64,000 bases of DNA from a virus, in IMG/VR virus record IMGVR_UViG_3300032223_000428, positions 1-64,000 of that record, one strand, 5' to 3'. The notes below the pieces were generated by a model. The model saw only the letters and a list, made by a program, of their open reading frames with translations. It ran no database searches and was not told where the DNA came from. Shown here in pieces: positions 10,786 to 23,500 of this stretch. A program made the translations under genes and the position numbers. Position 1 is the first letter of the stretch, and each line of letters begins with the position of its first letter.

Positions 10786-12470
10786 TATGTTAGACCAGTT
10801 CCGCTAATATACCAAGTAGTCGCAGCAACCTTTAATAGTTTAGCAATACCAAATGCAGCAAGAGTTCTTGTACCTGTTGTACCAGCTGGACTCAAGTTTA
10901 ATGTATCAGTGGTAATTGCAATACTTGTACTAGTAGCACCAGAACCACCAACAATTGTAATTTCTGTTCCAATTGGGAATGCTACAGTTGCGTTTGCTGG
11001 GATGGTAATAGTTTGACCAGTGGCTGATACATATACGTGTTTTCCGATATCAGTTAATGCTAAAGTAATACCAACTGCAGTAGAGTTTTGTGGGTATCCG
11101 ATATATCCAACGCTTTGTGCAGTAGTAATAGCACTTGCTGCTGCTAATGTTCCGTTTAGCGTTAAGTTGGTTGTAGAACCAGAAACTGCTGAACCGATAG
11201 TAATGTTGGTAATAGAAGTAGAAACACCTGCAGTACCAATGTTAATTGCTTTAGTAGTTGCAGCTAATGTTGCACCAGTACCAATGTTATATGTTTGAGC
11301 ACCAGTAGACTGACCAAAAGTCATCGTACCAGTCGAAGATGTACCACCAATAGTAACTAATCCAGTTGATAAACCAGTACCAATAGAAATAGAACCAGAA
11401 GTAATTGATGTACCGAGAGAACAGCTACCACTACTTGTACCGCTCAGCGCAATAGTGCTATTACAAGTAAGAGTACCACCAACCAATACACCACCAGCAG
11501 CATATAAAGAATATGCGTTGGTAATGGTTACGTTGGCACCAGCAGATGGAATACCAAGATATAATGTAGTAGCACTAGTAAATGTAGTTGCGAGTGTAGA
11601 AGCAAGAATTGGGTTATTTAAAGAGTGGATCGCTTCAACAGTAGCAACAGTACCAGTTGAAGTTGTATCAGTATAAGTGGCACCTGGAGCAGAAATACCA
11701 ATACCAGTTAAACCCCAAGTGGCTGCAGAAACACCAGATAAGTTGTTAATTGATAGTGTACCACCATTAATAGCCAAAGAAGTAGCAGATGCATTACCAA
11801 GGGTTGGTGTTATAAAAGTTGGACTATTCGTAAAGGCAACAGTATTAGTACCACTCTCATCACTAAGAGCAGCAGCAAGAGTTGCAGATGTTGGATTTAA
11901 TAAAAATGCAGCAACACCAGTACCAAGAGTTGGAACAGATGCTGGAGTGAATGTAAACACACCACCAGAATAACTTAATGAACCACCACCAGAAGCAGCA
12001 GCAGTTGTAACTGATAAAGAGTTAGATTGAATTGGAGTAAAACCGAGAGCAGTGGTAACTTGTGAACTAGTAATAGAACTTAAATAACCACTAGGATTGG
12101 TAGCATTATATGGAGTATATCCTAATGCAGTAACTACCTGTGCAGAAGTAATACCAGTTAAAAAACCGCTAGTATTAGTAGAACCATTATATGGAGTATA
12201 TCCTAATGCAGTAACTACCTGTGTAGAATTTATGGAAGTTAGGTAAGTACTATTATCAAGAACCCAAGTATCAGTAGTTGATTTTTTAAGGAAACCAGAT
12301 GTTCCACTCAATAAAGCAATCGCAGTTAAATCATTGTCCGCATTTTGTAATGATCCTAATGCAGCATAAACTTCAGTAAAGTTAGTGTTAACTTTGGTAA
12401 ATGCTGTTCTTATTGGATCGCCTGTGCCATCATTGGCAACTGTTCCTAATGAAATTGTTTGTTGTGCCAT
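10785..12470 (-). CDS. Fibre-like structural protein (gp9/gp10-type N-terminal motif)
   Basis: MAQQTISLGTVANDGTGDPIRTAFTKVNTNFTEVY N-terminus; 3x TSxQVxTALG[YF]TP repeats; Thr/Gly/Ser-rich; C-terminal TITIPANATVAFPIGTEI...WYISG tip domain. Confidence 0.75.
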   Translation of the reverse strand: MAQQTISLGTVANDGTGDPIRTAFTKVNTNFTEVYAALGSLQNADNDLTAIALLSGTSGFLKKSTTDTWVLDNSTYLTSINSTQVVTALGYTPYNGSTNTSGFLTGITSAQVVTALGYTPYNATNPSGYLSSITSSQVTTALGFTPIQSNSLSVTTAAASGGGSLSYSGGVFTFTPASVPTLGTGVAAFLLNPTSATLAAALSDESGTNTVAFTNSPTFITPTLGNASATSLAINGGTLSINNLSGVSAATWGLTGIGISAPGATYTDTTSTGTVATVEAIHSLNNPILASTLATTFTSATTLYLGIPSAGANVTITNAYSLYAAGGVLVGGTLTCNSTIALSGTSSGSCSLGTSITSGSISIGTGLSTGLVTIGGTSSTGTMTFGQSTGAQTYNIGTGATLAATTKAINIGTAGVSTSITNITIGSAVSGSTTNLTLNGTLAAASAITTAQSVGYIGYPQNSTAVGITLALTDIGKHVYVSATGQTITIPANATVAFPIGTEITIVGGSGATSTSIAITTDTLNLSPAGTTGTRTLAAFGIAKLLKVAATTWYISGTGLT

Positions 12471-13495
12471 TATACGATATCCGCTGTTATAGTTGTTGAA
12501 TCTGCTTTAGCAATTAAAGAATCTGCAGTTGTAGAAAGAGCTGGTACGGTAGAAGCAATATATGTATTTGACAATTCTCCGAATGGATTGGATTCATCAA
12601 AGTTAATAATACCAATAGATTCTTTCTTAAATTTATTATTATCACCGAAATGTTCATATGTGTTATCTGTATTAACAACAATAGAACAAGTAGCAGCAGC
12701 ATTTATTCCACCACCACCAGTAAAACTAATATGTGGAGCAGTCATATATCCAGCACCACCAGATGTTATATCAACACGAATAACTTTCTGAGATAAACTA
12801 CCAGTACCAAGAACAGCAATACCACTTGCACCAGAACCACCATTAGTCGGAGTGAATACAACACTTGGTATAGATGTATATCCGCTACCTTGATTTGTCA
12901 TTGTCACTGCAACCACTGCACCTTGTCCACTTCTAGTTGTATCTGTATTGAATGTTTTGAGTGTTTCAAATGCATCAATTTCTGGGATACCAGTATCAAT
13001 TTGCTCAGAAGCATACTGAAATAATTCAACTTGTAATTTGTAAACATATAGTTTACCCAATTGATAAAATGGATCTTGATGTTTAACAAACTTAATTTCG
13101 AACATATTGTTCGAAAGTGGAAACCATATTAAATCACCTTCACATGGACGATCTGGAATGATGGTTTTACCATATCTTCCAATAAATTTTTCCCATCGTC
13201 TACGAGCAACTACCAATGTAGCCTGTTGTTCCATCATCAATCCAAATTTTTGAATAAATGCGCCATCACCACCATACGAGTCTACGTTTTCAAAATACAT
13301 CTCAATAGGATAAGATGACATAAATTTAGAAAGACGATCTTCACCAAGAATAGAATCTTTTGATACTAATGTTCGTGGAATATAATAAAACTCTTTTCCG
13401 TAAATGCGAAGAGACTCTATGATCAGATCTTGAACAAGATTCTGTTCACCTGCAGTTCCCTGCGTAAAATACGGATTAAGTGTTGAGTTAACCAT
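12470..13495 (-). CDS. 14: Neck protein gp14 with Gly-rich insertion
   Basis: EQNLVQDLIIESLRIYG, YYIPR, RPCEGDLIWFP, FEIKFV, PFYQLGK, ELFQY, FDESNPFG. Confidence 0.95.
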   Translation of the reverse strand: MVNSTLNPYFTQGTAGEQNLVQDLIIESLRIYGKEFYYIPRTLVSKDSILGEDRLSKFMSSYPIEMYFENVDSYGGDGAFIQKFGLMMEQQATLVVARRRWEKFIGRYGKTIIPDRPCEGDLIWFPLSNNMFEIKFVKHQDPFYQLGKLYVYKLQVELFQYASEQIDTGIPEIDAFETLKTFNTDTTRSGQGAVVAVTMTNQGSGYTSIPSVVFTPTNGGSGASGIAVLGTGSLSQKVIRVDITSGGAGYMTAPHISFTGGGGINAAATCSIVVNTDNTYEHFGDNNKFKKESIGIINFDESNPFGELSNTYIASTVPALSTTADSLIAKADSTTITADIV

Positions 13496-13496
13496 A

Positions 13497-14459
13497 TTAG
13501 CCCATTATGAAATTTAATGGTGCTGACTTATTCAGCAAGTCTTGTTCTAGTGAAGTAATCTCATTAGTGGCTTCCAGATAAAGAGAATCGCCATCTAATG
13601 TAACGCCACCAACCATTTGAATTCCTTTGAATTTCTTAAGGTTTGTTGCCCATTGTTTCTTAAACAATGCAGTTGTATATCTACGCAACCACAATTCGTT
13701 CCAAACTTTTGTGAATGCAGATGGATCTAAAACACGATATGCTTTAACGATCACATAATCACCTAAGTTAATATTCTGTTTCCAGTTAATGTCTAAGTAT
13801 AAACAACTTGACATTCTGTTGAATCTAAATGTATCTTTACCATTCAGAGTCCAATCCAACAAATCTAGGTGTTGCATTACCTGAGTGAAGTAGATAATGG
13901 ATGTAGAAGTTAGATCATACAAATCATTAAGACGTAGTTGATACTGCAGATCGAACATACTCTTAGAAGATGATGACTGTCCAATACTTAATACGTCTGT
14001 TACACCAAATACATAATCTGGTATTGTTAGATATTTGTTATCATATTCACGTAAAGTAATTGGGGTTGTGCCAAGAATTGCAGTATGACCAAGAGAACCA
14101 GTAATAGTTTCTCCTGCAATGAATGTCCCAGAAACGTCCATTACTAACAAAAGAGTTCCAGATGAAACTCTGCCTGTTTCTTTACAAACAGTGGCTTTGG
14201 CACCAGATGTTCCACCTGTGATAACTTCTGTTAAAGTGAAATTAGAGGCAACAGATGTAGTGAGATTTATTTCAGAGGCACGAATCTGCTGCTTCAGAAA
14301 CATTTCTTCAATACCATCATAATGATATAGACGCCAATAATCCAAGGCTTCGTCAATACGATCCTCCAACTGCATATCGTCCACGTTAATTTCAATAACA
14401 GGATCGCCCAGTTCTCTTAAGCAATATTCTTTTAATGTTTCTCTAGAGTTTACAGCCAT
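13497..14459 (-). CDS. 13: Neck protein gp13
   Basis: LKEYCLRELGDPVIEINVDDMQLEDRIDEAL, WLRRYTTALFKKQW..NL.KF.GIQM.GGVTLDG. Confidence 0.96.
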   Translation of the reverse strand: MAVNSRETLKEYCLRELGDPVIEINVDDMQLEDRIDEALDYWRLYHYDGIEEMFLKQQIRASEINLTTSVASNFTLTEVITGGTSGAKATVCKETGRVSSGTLLLVMDVSGTFIAGETITGSLGHTAILGTTPITLREYDNKYLTIPDYVFGVTDVLSIGQSSSSKSMFDLQYQLRLNDLYDLTSTSIIYFTQVMQHLDLLDWTLNGKDTFRFNRMSSCLYLDINWKQNINLGDYVIVKAYRVLDPSAFTKVWNELWLRRYTTALFKKQWATNLKKFKGIQMVGGVTLDGDSLYLEATNEITSLEQDLLNKSAPLNFIMG

Positions 14460-14484
14460 TTTGGTCTCTTTTTGGTTATACTTC

Positions 14485-14491
14485 TATTTAT
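14485..14491 (-). promoter_or_regulatory. Late promoter (ATAAATA) upstream of gp13
   Basis: tatttat 26 nt upstream of the gp13 ATG. Confidence 0.6.
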
Positions 14492-14503
14492 TAGACTACA
14501 TAT

Positions 14504-17500
14504 TTATATGTAGATCTCGTCGTCTATTGCAGAGTCGATAAGAGCAATATTACCATAAATTACATCAATATTATCAATGTATATTTGATCGACTGTTACA
14601 TCTATATCAGCCATAATCTTAGATGCGTCTAGGTAGAATACATCTATATCATCAAAATATATTTCATCAGAATAACTGTCAATTAACATAGAAGGTCTAG
14701 ATGAAACCAACTCATAATCCATTGGATAGAATATCCAAACAACAGTTGATTCACCAGCTACTGTAATTTCAGTAACATAAGAAGTCAATATTAATTGAGC
14801 AAGTTCTGTTTCATTTGCATTAATTTGTTCTAATATTCCAGCAGTTGCTAGTTGAGTTGCAAATTGAGCAGCAGTTAGAGAACCTGTTTCTGTTATAAAC
14901 GCTGGCAATGCAGTAACAGCACTAACAACTGCATTCAACAATTCATTGATATTAACAGCATAGAATGGTAACCCAGTTGAAGAATCAACTGCAGACAGTA
15001 TTTCTGCTGCGCTTCTATTTGAAACATTGTTACCAAAATCAGTTTCAATTGCATTTAGTGCTTCTTGAATCGAAGAAATAAATGCTGTTTGAACTGTAGA
15101 TAAATCTTGTCCAAGTAATGTCTCGACAATATTTCCAAGATCAACAGCAGAGGCTGAATCAGTGTCAGAAACATTACCAGTTTCTGTAATAGCTGGATAG
15201 AAATTAGCTTGAGATGTTTCTGAATCAGATGCATTTCCAGTTTCAGTTAATGCTTGGTTTGTAGTTATAATATTTGTTTCAGTTTCTGATGCAGAACCAG
15301 TTTCTGTATTAGAAGATACAAACGCAGCACTACTTGACTCACTCTCTGCAGCTGATCCAGTTTCTGTTCTTGTTTGAGTAGTTGTACTTGAACCTGAATT
15401 AGATTCATTACCTGTTCCAGTTTCAGTAATGACTGGATAGAAATTAGCTTGAGATGTTTCTGAATCAGATGCATTTCCAGTTTCAGTTAACACCTGATTA
15501 GTAGTAATTATGCTAGACTGAACAACTGTCTCGTTTGGATCTACGAACGCAGTTACAGAAGAACCTAGTTCTACCTGTGGTCTCCACAGATAAACAGTTT
15601 GACCAGTAAATGCAGTTCCACTATATGATCCAACCCAGAATTTAGGTCTAAATGTGGCACCAGCAATAAGTGTATATGTCATAGTGGCGAGATACCAGCT
15701 ATTACCAACAGAGGTTAGAGTTGCAGTTGCGTTAGATGCCCCTTGCAGAACTGGTGTTCCAGACATAGTGAATGTAGCAGAATGCGCTACAGGATCTACA
15801 CCAGTAGTTGATTCATTTACTATTGTGAAATATGTTGATGTACCATACTTAACATATACGGATACTGTGTATGTTCCAGGTAAAATTCCAGGAGTTATAT
15901 TGTATATGGAAGAAAACGCAAGGTTGGCAGTTAACAAGAATGCAGTTGTGTCACCATTTGGATCTGTTTGTCCAGATGTTATTGTTGAAGACCCAGCCTT
16001 AATCCAGATTGAATTTGATAGATCGCTTGGAACATAAAATAAGTTTTTATTAGTGTTTTCTAATAAAGAAGAAACAAATCCAATCTGAGTAGACTCTGTT
16101 TCAGATGCGGATCCAGTTTCTGATGAATTAGATGAAGTAGTCCAATTACCGACTGGAGAATCTGCACTAGTGCCAGTTTCTGTAATTGCTGGATAGAAAT
16201 TCGCTTGAGATATTTCAGAGTCAGATGCGCTAGCAGTTTCAGTTAACGACTGAGTAGTTGTGATAACATTAGTCTGAGTAACTGTCTCGTTTGGATCTAC
16301 GAACGCAGTTACAGAAGAACCTAGTTCTAACTGAGAACCCCAAACATAAATTCCAGATGTTCCATCACCAGTTGCAGTTCCAACACCATTTGCATCACCA
16401 AGAGATATCTGTAAGTTGGCTGGTATCATGCCAGCAACACCAAACTGCCATGGCAATTTCGTTGTACCAGTAACAGAACATCTATACCATCCATTACCAA
16501 CAGAAGTTACAGTTGTTACTGTTGGAGTGGTACCAGAAGTTGAACCATCAGTTAAGTTTATTAAAGCACCAGCACCTTGATATCCATTTGGTCCAATATT
16601 TGCAAATGGTATATCAAACCAAATAGTAGCATTGGTAAATCCAGCTTGTTTTAGATAAACGCTATACGTGTAAGTTGTGTTTTGAGTTAAATATGCACCA
16701 CCATAGTAAACTGATTTTCTTATTGTAACCCCACTATTGCCAATAATTTTATCTGCAGTTTGTGTTCCATCAGGTGCGACCGCAACATTTGTAGATAATG
16801 TAGAGTTATATGTAGTCCAAGGTGATGCTGATATATCGTTTGGATATTTTATTATGTTTGTACTAGTATATTCCCACAACTGATTTAGAGCAGATAAAGA
16901 TGTTGTCTCAGAATCAGATGCAGTTCCAGTTTCATTAGTAGACTGATTAGTAGAATTTGAACCTGAATTAGATTCATTACCTGTTCCAGTTTCTGTAATA
17001 ACTGGATAGAAATTCGCTTGAGATGTTTCAGTTTCAGTAGCTGTTCCAGTTTCTGTATTATATTGAACTTGGAATACTGTTTGAGTTTCAGTTTCAGATG
17101 CATTTCCAGTTTCATTAGTAGATTGATTGGTTGTAATTATACCAACATCAGAATCTAATGTATTATTTGCTTGATATGCAGTTAATGAACCAATTTCAAA
17201 TTGTGGTCCATATATGAATAAACCAGAAGTACCATCACCAGTATATGTAAAGTTGCCAAGATTGTCTATTAATCTAAATGTGTGGGTAACTCCAGAAAGA
17301 TTAGTTGTTGCTGTGAAAGTAAAGGATGCTCTATACCAACCATTACCTTCATTGGTTAATGTGCTACTAGTAATAGTACCAGTTCCTGTGAAATAATTTA
17401 TTTTAGTTCCTGCAATTAGGTCTAATTGCAAACCTGCTCTATTTGCACTGTTTCCTTCTTCATGAAAGAAAACAAATTTACTTCTAGTGTCAGCTTTAAC

Positions 17501-20500
17501 ATAAACAGATAATGTATAAACTGTTCCAGCAATATGAGGTGTAGTATATACCTCTCTGTGAATAGTGTTTAATGTATCTTCAGCTAATCTGTATGCACCA
17601 TTACCACCAAATGGATCTGTTGTAAGAGCAGTAGATGTAAGAGTTCCATTATTTACTGACCAACCAGAACCGAATATATCAGAATTGGCATATATGTTTT
17701 TACGAGTAGTTTCTAGATTAGATGAATACTGAACTGATTTGTTAGACTCTGTTTCTGTAGCAGTACCAGTTTCAGTAATAGCTGGATAGAAATCAGCCTG
17801 AGATGTTTCATTTTCAGTAGCTGTTCCAGTTTCTGTTAACACCTGAGTAGTAGATATTATATTTGAACCAGAATCAGTTGCACTAATACCAGTATTTTCA
17901 GTAACAGACTGACTAGTAGTAATTATATTTGATTCTTGTTCATTAGCTGAACCAGTTTCAGTAACGTCTCTAGTAGCAGTTAATGTTCTATCTTCTGTCT
18001 CATTAGCTGAACCAGTTTCAGTAACGTCTCTAGTAGCAGTTAATGTTCTATCTTCTGTCTCATTAGCTGAACCAGTTTCAGTAACATCTCTTGTTGCAGT
18101 TAATGTTCGATCTTCTGTCTCTGCTGCAGTTCCAGTTTCAGTAACGTCTCTAGTAGCAGTTAATGTTCTATCTTCTGCCTCAATAGCTGAACCAGTCTCA
18201 GTAATAGTATTAACTGCGCCTGAAGTAGATTGTGTTCCAGATTCTGTGGCACTAATACCAGTGTTCTCTGTAATAACTGGATAGAAATTCGCTTGAGATG
18301 TTTCAGTTTCAGTAGCTGTTCCAGTTTCTGTTCTATCAGAAACGAACGCTACTGTAGTAGTTTTTGTATCAGTGGCTGTAATACCTACGTTCTCATATAC
18401 AGTTTCACCTGCGCCTGGAATATTACCAATTCCAGAATCAGTGGCAGTTGTGTTACTATTCTCAGTAATATTTTTATTAATTAATAATCCACTAATAGGT
18501 GTTTCACTGGTATTAGTTGAATATTCAATTGATAGTGGTGGAACAGGATTAATATATGGATTAGTAGTAGTATCCCATGTAAAGCCAGAAGTCAATCCTG
18601 TAGTTGTACCTACAGTACCAGTACCATAATAATATGTTTTACCAACTCTGTAGCCAAACCATGCAGCAGGATCTGTTCCATTTGAATTTTGGGTTTGAAT
18701 AGACCAAGTTTTGGTGCTAGTATAATTCCAATCAGAACCTGTGGAGAATATTACTGCATATGATATTCCAGCAACTAAAACTGCACCTGATATGTTAGAA
18801 AAATCCCAAAGTGGTGCTGGACCAGTAGATGGGAAATCTGTTGCTGCAACTGGTATTGATGCAACCAATATTGTGGCAGCAGTACCAGGAGCACCAGCAA
18901 GTTGCCATAACTCTAATGCACCATTACTAACTGATGGGTTTGCATTACCATTAGAATAATTACCACTACCACCAGTACTACTTCTAACCCAACTAACTTT
19001 ACCTAATTGCCCAGTAGTAGTTGCAGTAAAACCCCAACCAGTTCTAGAATTTGCATTCATTGAATTAGCATCACCAGATATTGTACTAAACTGATAGTCG
19101 TTAAATAATGGTGCAATTCCAGAAGAAGTTTCTACAATAGCACCTGGAATTCTTTTTAAAGAAGCTGATGTATCGAGAGAATAACCAACTTCTGTTGCGG
19201 CACTTGCAGCAGAAATGGTAAATGTATTGGTGTCGCTTGGTACATACCCAGTTATCGTCCATGGATAGAGATAGTCATTTTGTAAAGTAGTATTTACATA
19301 CCAAGTATTTGAGGCTGCAGGATAACTACTGCTAAAAGATTTAGTTTTTCCTTCATAATCAGTTGTGAAATTAGAGATGCCAATATATCTTCCACGTGGA
19401 CCACATACCGTACTAGGACCACCAGTAGTATTCCAATCTGATCCATTTAAAAATACTAAACCATATGCAACTCCAGATGTTACTGATACGCCTAACGATG
19501 ACACATCAACGACTACTCTTTGATCACCACCACTAATATAAGAAGATCTTATGTCGGAAACATAAACTGGATAAGATAAAAGTAAAGATGATGGAATTGC
19601 TGATATAGAATTACTTGCAAGTTGCCACAGTTGGAAATATCCAGGATTTGTTGAATCTGAAGAACCAGAAGCAAACATTGTTAGAGATATTGTTTTGACG
19701 AGTCCTGTATAATTTGATATGAATGTTTGTCCAGCAGCATATTCTAATCCAGCACGAGGAGTGCCTGTATATGATAGCTCAGGCGACATATCAAATATTG
19801 GTTCTTCTACCCTTTCTCCTATACTTGAATTCTGACCACGAATAGTATTTAATGTGTCACTAGCAGCAGCCTGCTCACCAACAAATGGTGTTGTTACCTG
19901 AGAACTATCTGTAACATCAGCTGTGTTATATGTGCTATACACAGCCATGTTAAATTGGTAAGGTTCACTAACCAAAGCAATAGCCCAAATTCCAGTATTT
20001 GCACTTCTTGTTATTGGAGTTGAATTGTAAGGGATATATAAATTATCACTATTAGCATACACAGCAAGATACTGTGTATTAGTTAAATCCCAATCTGATC
20101 CAGCAGTAATTGCAAGCGCATATCCAACACCTGATGTTAGTGTAATGTTTAAAGAACTAAAATCAATTCTAACTGGTCCACCAGAAGTAGTAGCAATTGA
20201 TGGCATTACAGCAATTTGCCCAAGTAAAGTATTTGGTAGTGCTGATATAGAATTACTTGCAAGTTGCCATAATTGAGCATAACCAGTTTGTACTGGTGCT
20301 GGTCTTACCCCACCATAGGTATTAATTAAATCAAATTCAAGGTAACTTACTGGTCCAGTAAATCCAGCAATAAATGTTCTACCGCAAGAAAGATTTCCAC
20401 CAGTAGTACCCCAAACAGAGTACCCACCATTTCCATGAGGAGTACTAAACGTGCTTAAGAATGGAGCCTGTGATGATGTATGAACCTGTCCAGTATATGC

Positions 20501-23500
20501 TGTAACTGTGCTCTTTTGTGTTATTGAATCAGTAGCAAACAGTGGCTCATTATAACCTTGTGTTTGAGAAAGATATAATGCATCTGTTGAATCTGCTGCT
20601 ATGTTTGCATATCCAACACCTAATAATGCCAAAGTACCTAGAGCACTTCCTTGAGGATTGCCAATTATACTAGAGTAATATGCGAAATTACCAGAATTGT
20701 ATACATTAATTAAATTAATGCCATTTAAATATGCTGTTGGGTAAACCCAATCAGTTCCTTTGTAAAATCTTATTGCATATCCAACACCTGCAGTAACTGT
20801 CGCCCCAGAAACATTACTAAATCCTTCAATCAGAGTACTCTGAACTGCATCACTGCTTGTAATATAAAGAGGTTTAGAAGCCAACAGTGTTGTTGGTGTG
20901 GCAGTTACACTATTAGAAGCTAACTGCCATAATTGAATTGATCCTGCTGTTGTTCCATTACCAACAGCACCAGCACTAGGAATAATAATTGAACCAAGTT
21001 GTCCAGTTTTTGGAGCAATGAATGAAATACCCCATCCATCAGTTAGGTTTCCAGGAAATACATAACTAGAATAATTACCAGCACCAGTTCCAAGGTCATA
21101 CGCATTAACTGCAAAATTTTCTGCTGCTAATCCAAATTTTGGAATAGCTCTAACAGAAGAATCTAATGCAGATCCTGCTTCTGCATCTGCTGCGTAATAT
21201 GTGCTAGCTGCAACTACATCAATATCAGTTGCATAGGATTCTTCTGTAGAATTTACAGTGAACCTAAAAATATTATTTGTATCTGTTGATGGAGCAAACC
21301 ATGTACTTCCATTATTTGCTATTGGAGTATATACAGATCTTAAATACCAATATATTGGTAAACCATAGAAGGATCCACCTGTTAATATGTTATGATAACC
21401 AACAGCATCATGTCTATAAAGACCTAAGTAAGAAGATGCAGAAGAAGACCAATCTGAACCAGCAGTAACTGTAACTGCATATGCAACACCAGAAGTTAGT
21501 GATAGATTAGCAGAAGAAAAATCAATATTTACTGGTACATATGCATAAGGATAACCAGTTGTTTTAGAAACAAGTCTAAAACCCACATTAGTATAAGAAG
21601 TTGTTGGCCATGCACCAACTAATGCCTCCTCAGAATACACACCCCATAAAGTAGGAAGAAGCGGAAATGAACCATCGGGGAGGGTAATGCCATATCCACT
21701 AAAACTTCCACGTAAATTTGCTCCAACCTGTATATCAATTTGAGATGTATTGTTTTCATAGAACACTGCTTCCCAAAGCAGTGTTGGAGAACCAAGTGTG
21801 CCAACAGTATTAGCAGTTCCTTCAAATACAATACGATATGTTCTATTTGGAGCAGTACCCTCTGTTCCATAATATATACGTTGTGCAGAATTATCTGTAG
21901 AAGATATGCAAATTTTTGGAACTGCTGGGTTTGCTGCATCTACCGCAACATATTGAGTGGCACCAGCACCAAAAGTTAAATAACTATTAGTCCCAACAAA
22001 AACTGTGCTATAAGAATTACCAAGATAATTTACACTCCATGGTAAAGAAAGTGTCCAGTATCCATCATCATTATTACCAGCAGTTGGAGTTGTGCTAGAA
22101 GTTAAAGAAGCTGCGCCAAGTAAACTATTCGTGATAGATGACATCGATTGTATTGGCGATGGCAAATCATTTAAAGAAAAGTTTCTAGATGCTAATAATG
22201 TAGATGGATTACCAGTAAGAGTATTGTTATTTAACTGCCACAGTTCAACTTTACCTGTAGAAATAGGTGGGGTGCTAGAAGATATACTATTGTTAATTCT
22301 GTATGCATTAATTTGAATATTTGAAAGAGTCTTAGTTTTATTTGCAATAAACTTTAAACCCTTACCATATCCACCACTGGTAATTGGTTCACCAATAGCT
22401 GCTTTTGGATATGTTCCAGTTGATATAGATGTAACAATAGTATCCAAGAATGGAGAAGTATTGTTTATGTATGCACCAGCAGTATTTGTTTGAGATAATG
22501 ATTCAGATGCTGTTACAGTTTCAGTTATAGGAATAGCATTGATAGCATTTTCTACATCAACAGCAGTAGATGCATATTCAATAGTCATAATAGGGCTATT
22601 TTGGTATGTGGACCACAAAGTTCCACTAGCAATAGTTCCGCTTGCGCCTATTGGCGTTGAACTAGTAGCATAATAAATATAATAATTAGAAGAATATTTT
22701 GCAAACTCTTGATACCACTGGTCAGAGCTGGTTGTTGGATTACTAACAAATAATAATCCACCACTAGTCGCATAGTTTCCAGTATTTACCCAATCACTGC
22801 CACCAGCAAGTAATATTGCATATGATGTTCCATTAGTAAGAGATGCACCAGAAACTGTGGAAAAATCAAATAATGGCGAATAACTTCCATTTACATAACC
22901 ACCATTTATGTAAAATGGTATTGATGCAAGTAATGTTGAAGTAGCTGTAGCTGTACCAGGGGCAGCGGCAAGTTGCCATAATTCTACTGCACCTGCTGTT
23001 GTAGTTGAAGAAGTTAAACCACCATTTGGGAATGCCTGTGCAAGTGCTACTTTCCCTAATTGTGCAGTTCTAGAAGCAGTGAATGCAATACCATATTTTT
23101 GATTGGCATACAGAATTTGAGCATTACCTCCGCCAAAAACGCTTCTTACAAAATCCCATGAATCAAATAACGCATTACCATCATCACCATTGATTACACT
23201 TTTTTGATATCCTAAAAACGATTTATAAGTTGTTGAAACATCACTAGCATACAAACCTTCTAAAACAAATGCTGGCACAAATAAATCTTGTGAAGTAGTT
23301 ACTGTTCCAGATTCGTTTATTGTTTGATTAGATGATAATCCAGAAAGAGAAGAATCAGAACTAGAACCTGATTCTGTTATTGTGTATGCTTGATAAATTA
23401 CGCTTGCGGCTGCGCTGGCTGCTGCTGAGGCAGACTCTTTGATTACACTACCACGTGATAATGGTAATGCACTTAATGGTGCTGACGATAAGGGAGAAAA

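Noticed and set aside
15524-16329. Repeat pairs as DGR template/variable repeats
   Set aside because: The copies are exact rather than adenine-specific variants, both lie inside one ORF, and no reverse transcriptase is present in the window.
17941-18200. 60-bp tandem repeats as a CRISPR array
   Set aside because: No unique spacers; the units are in-frame coding repeats of the 3001-aa protein; no cas genes.
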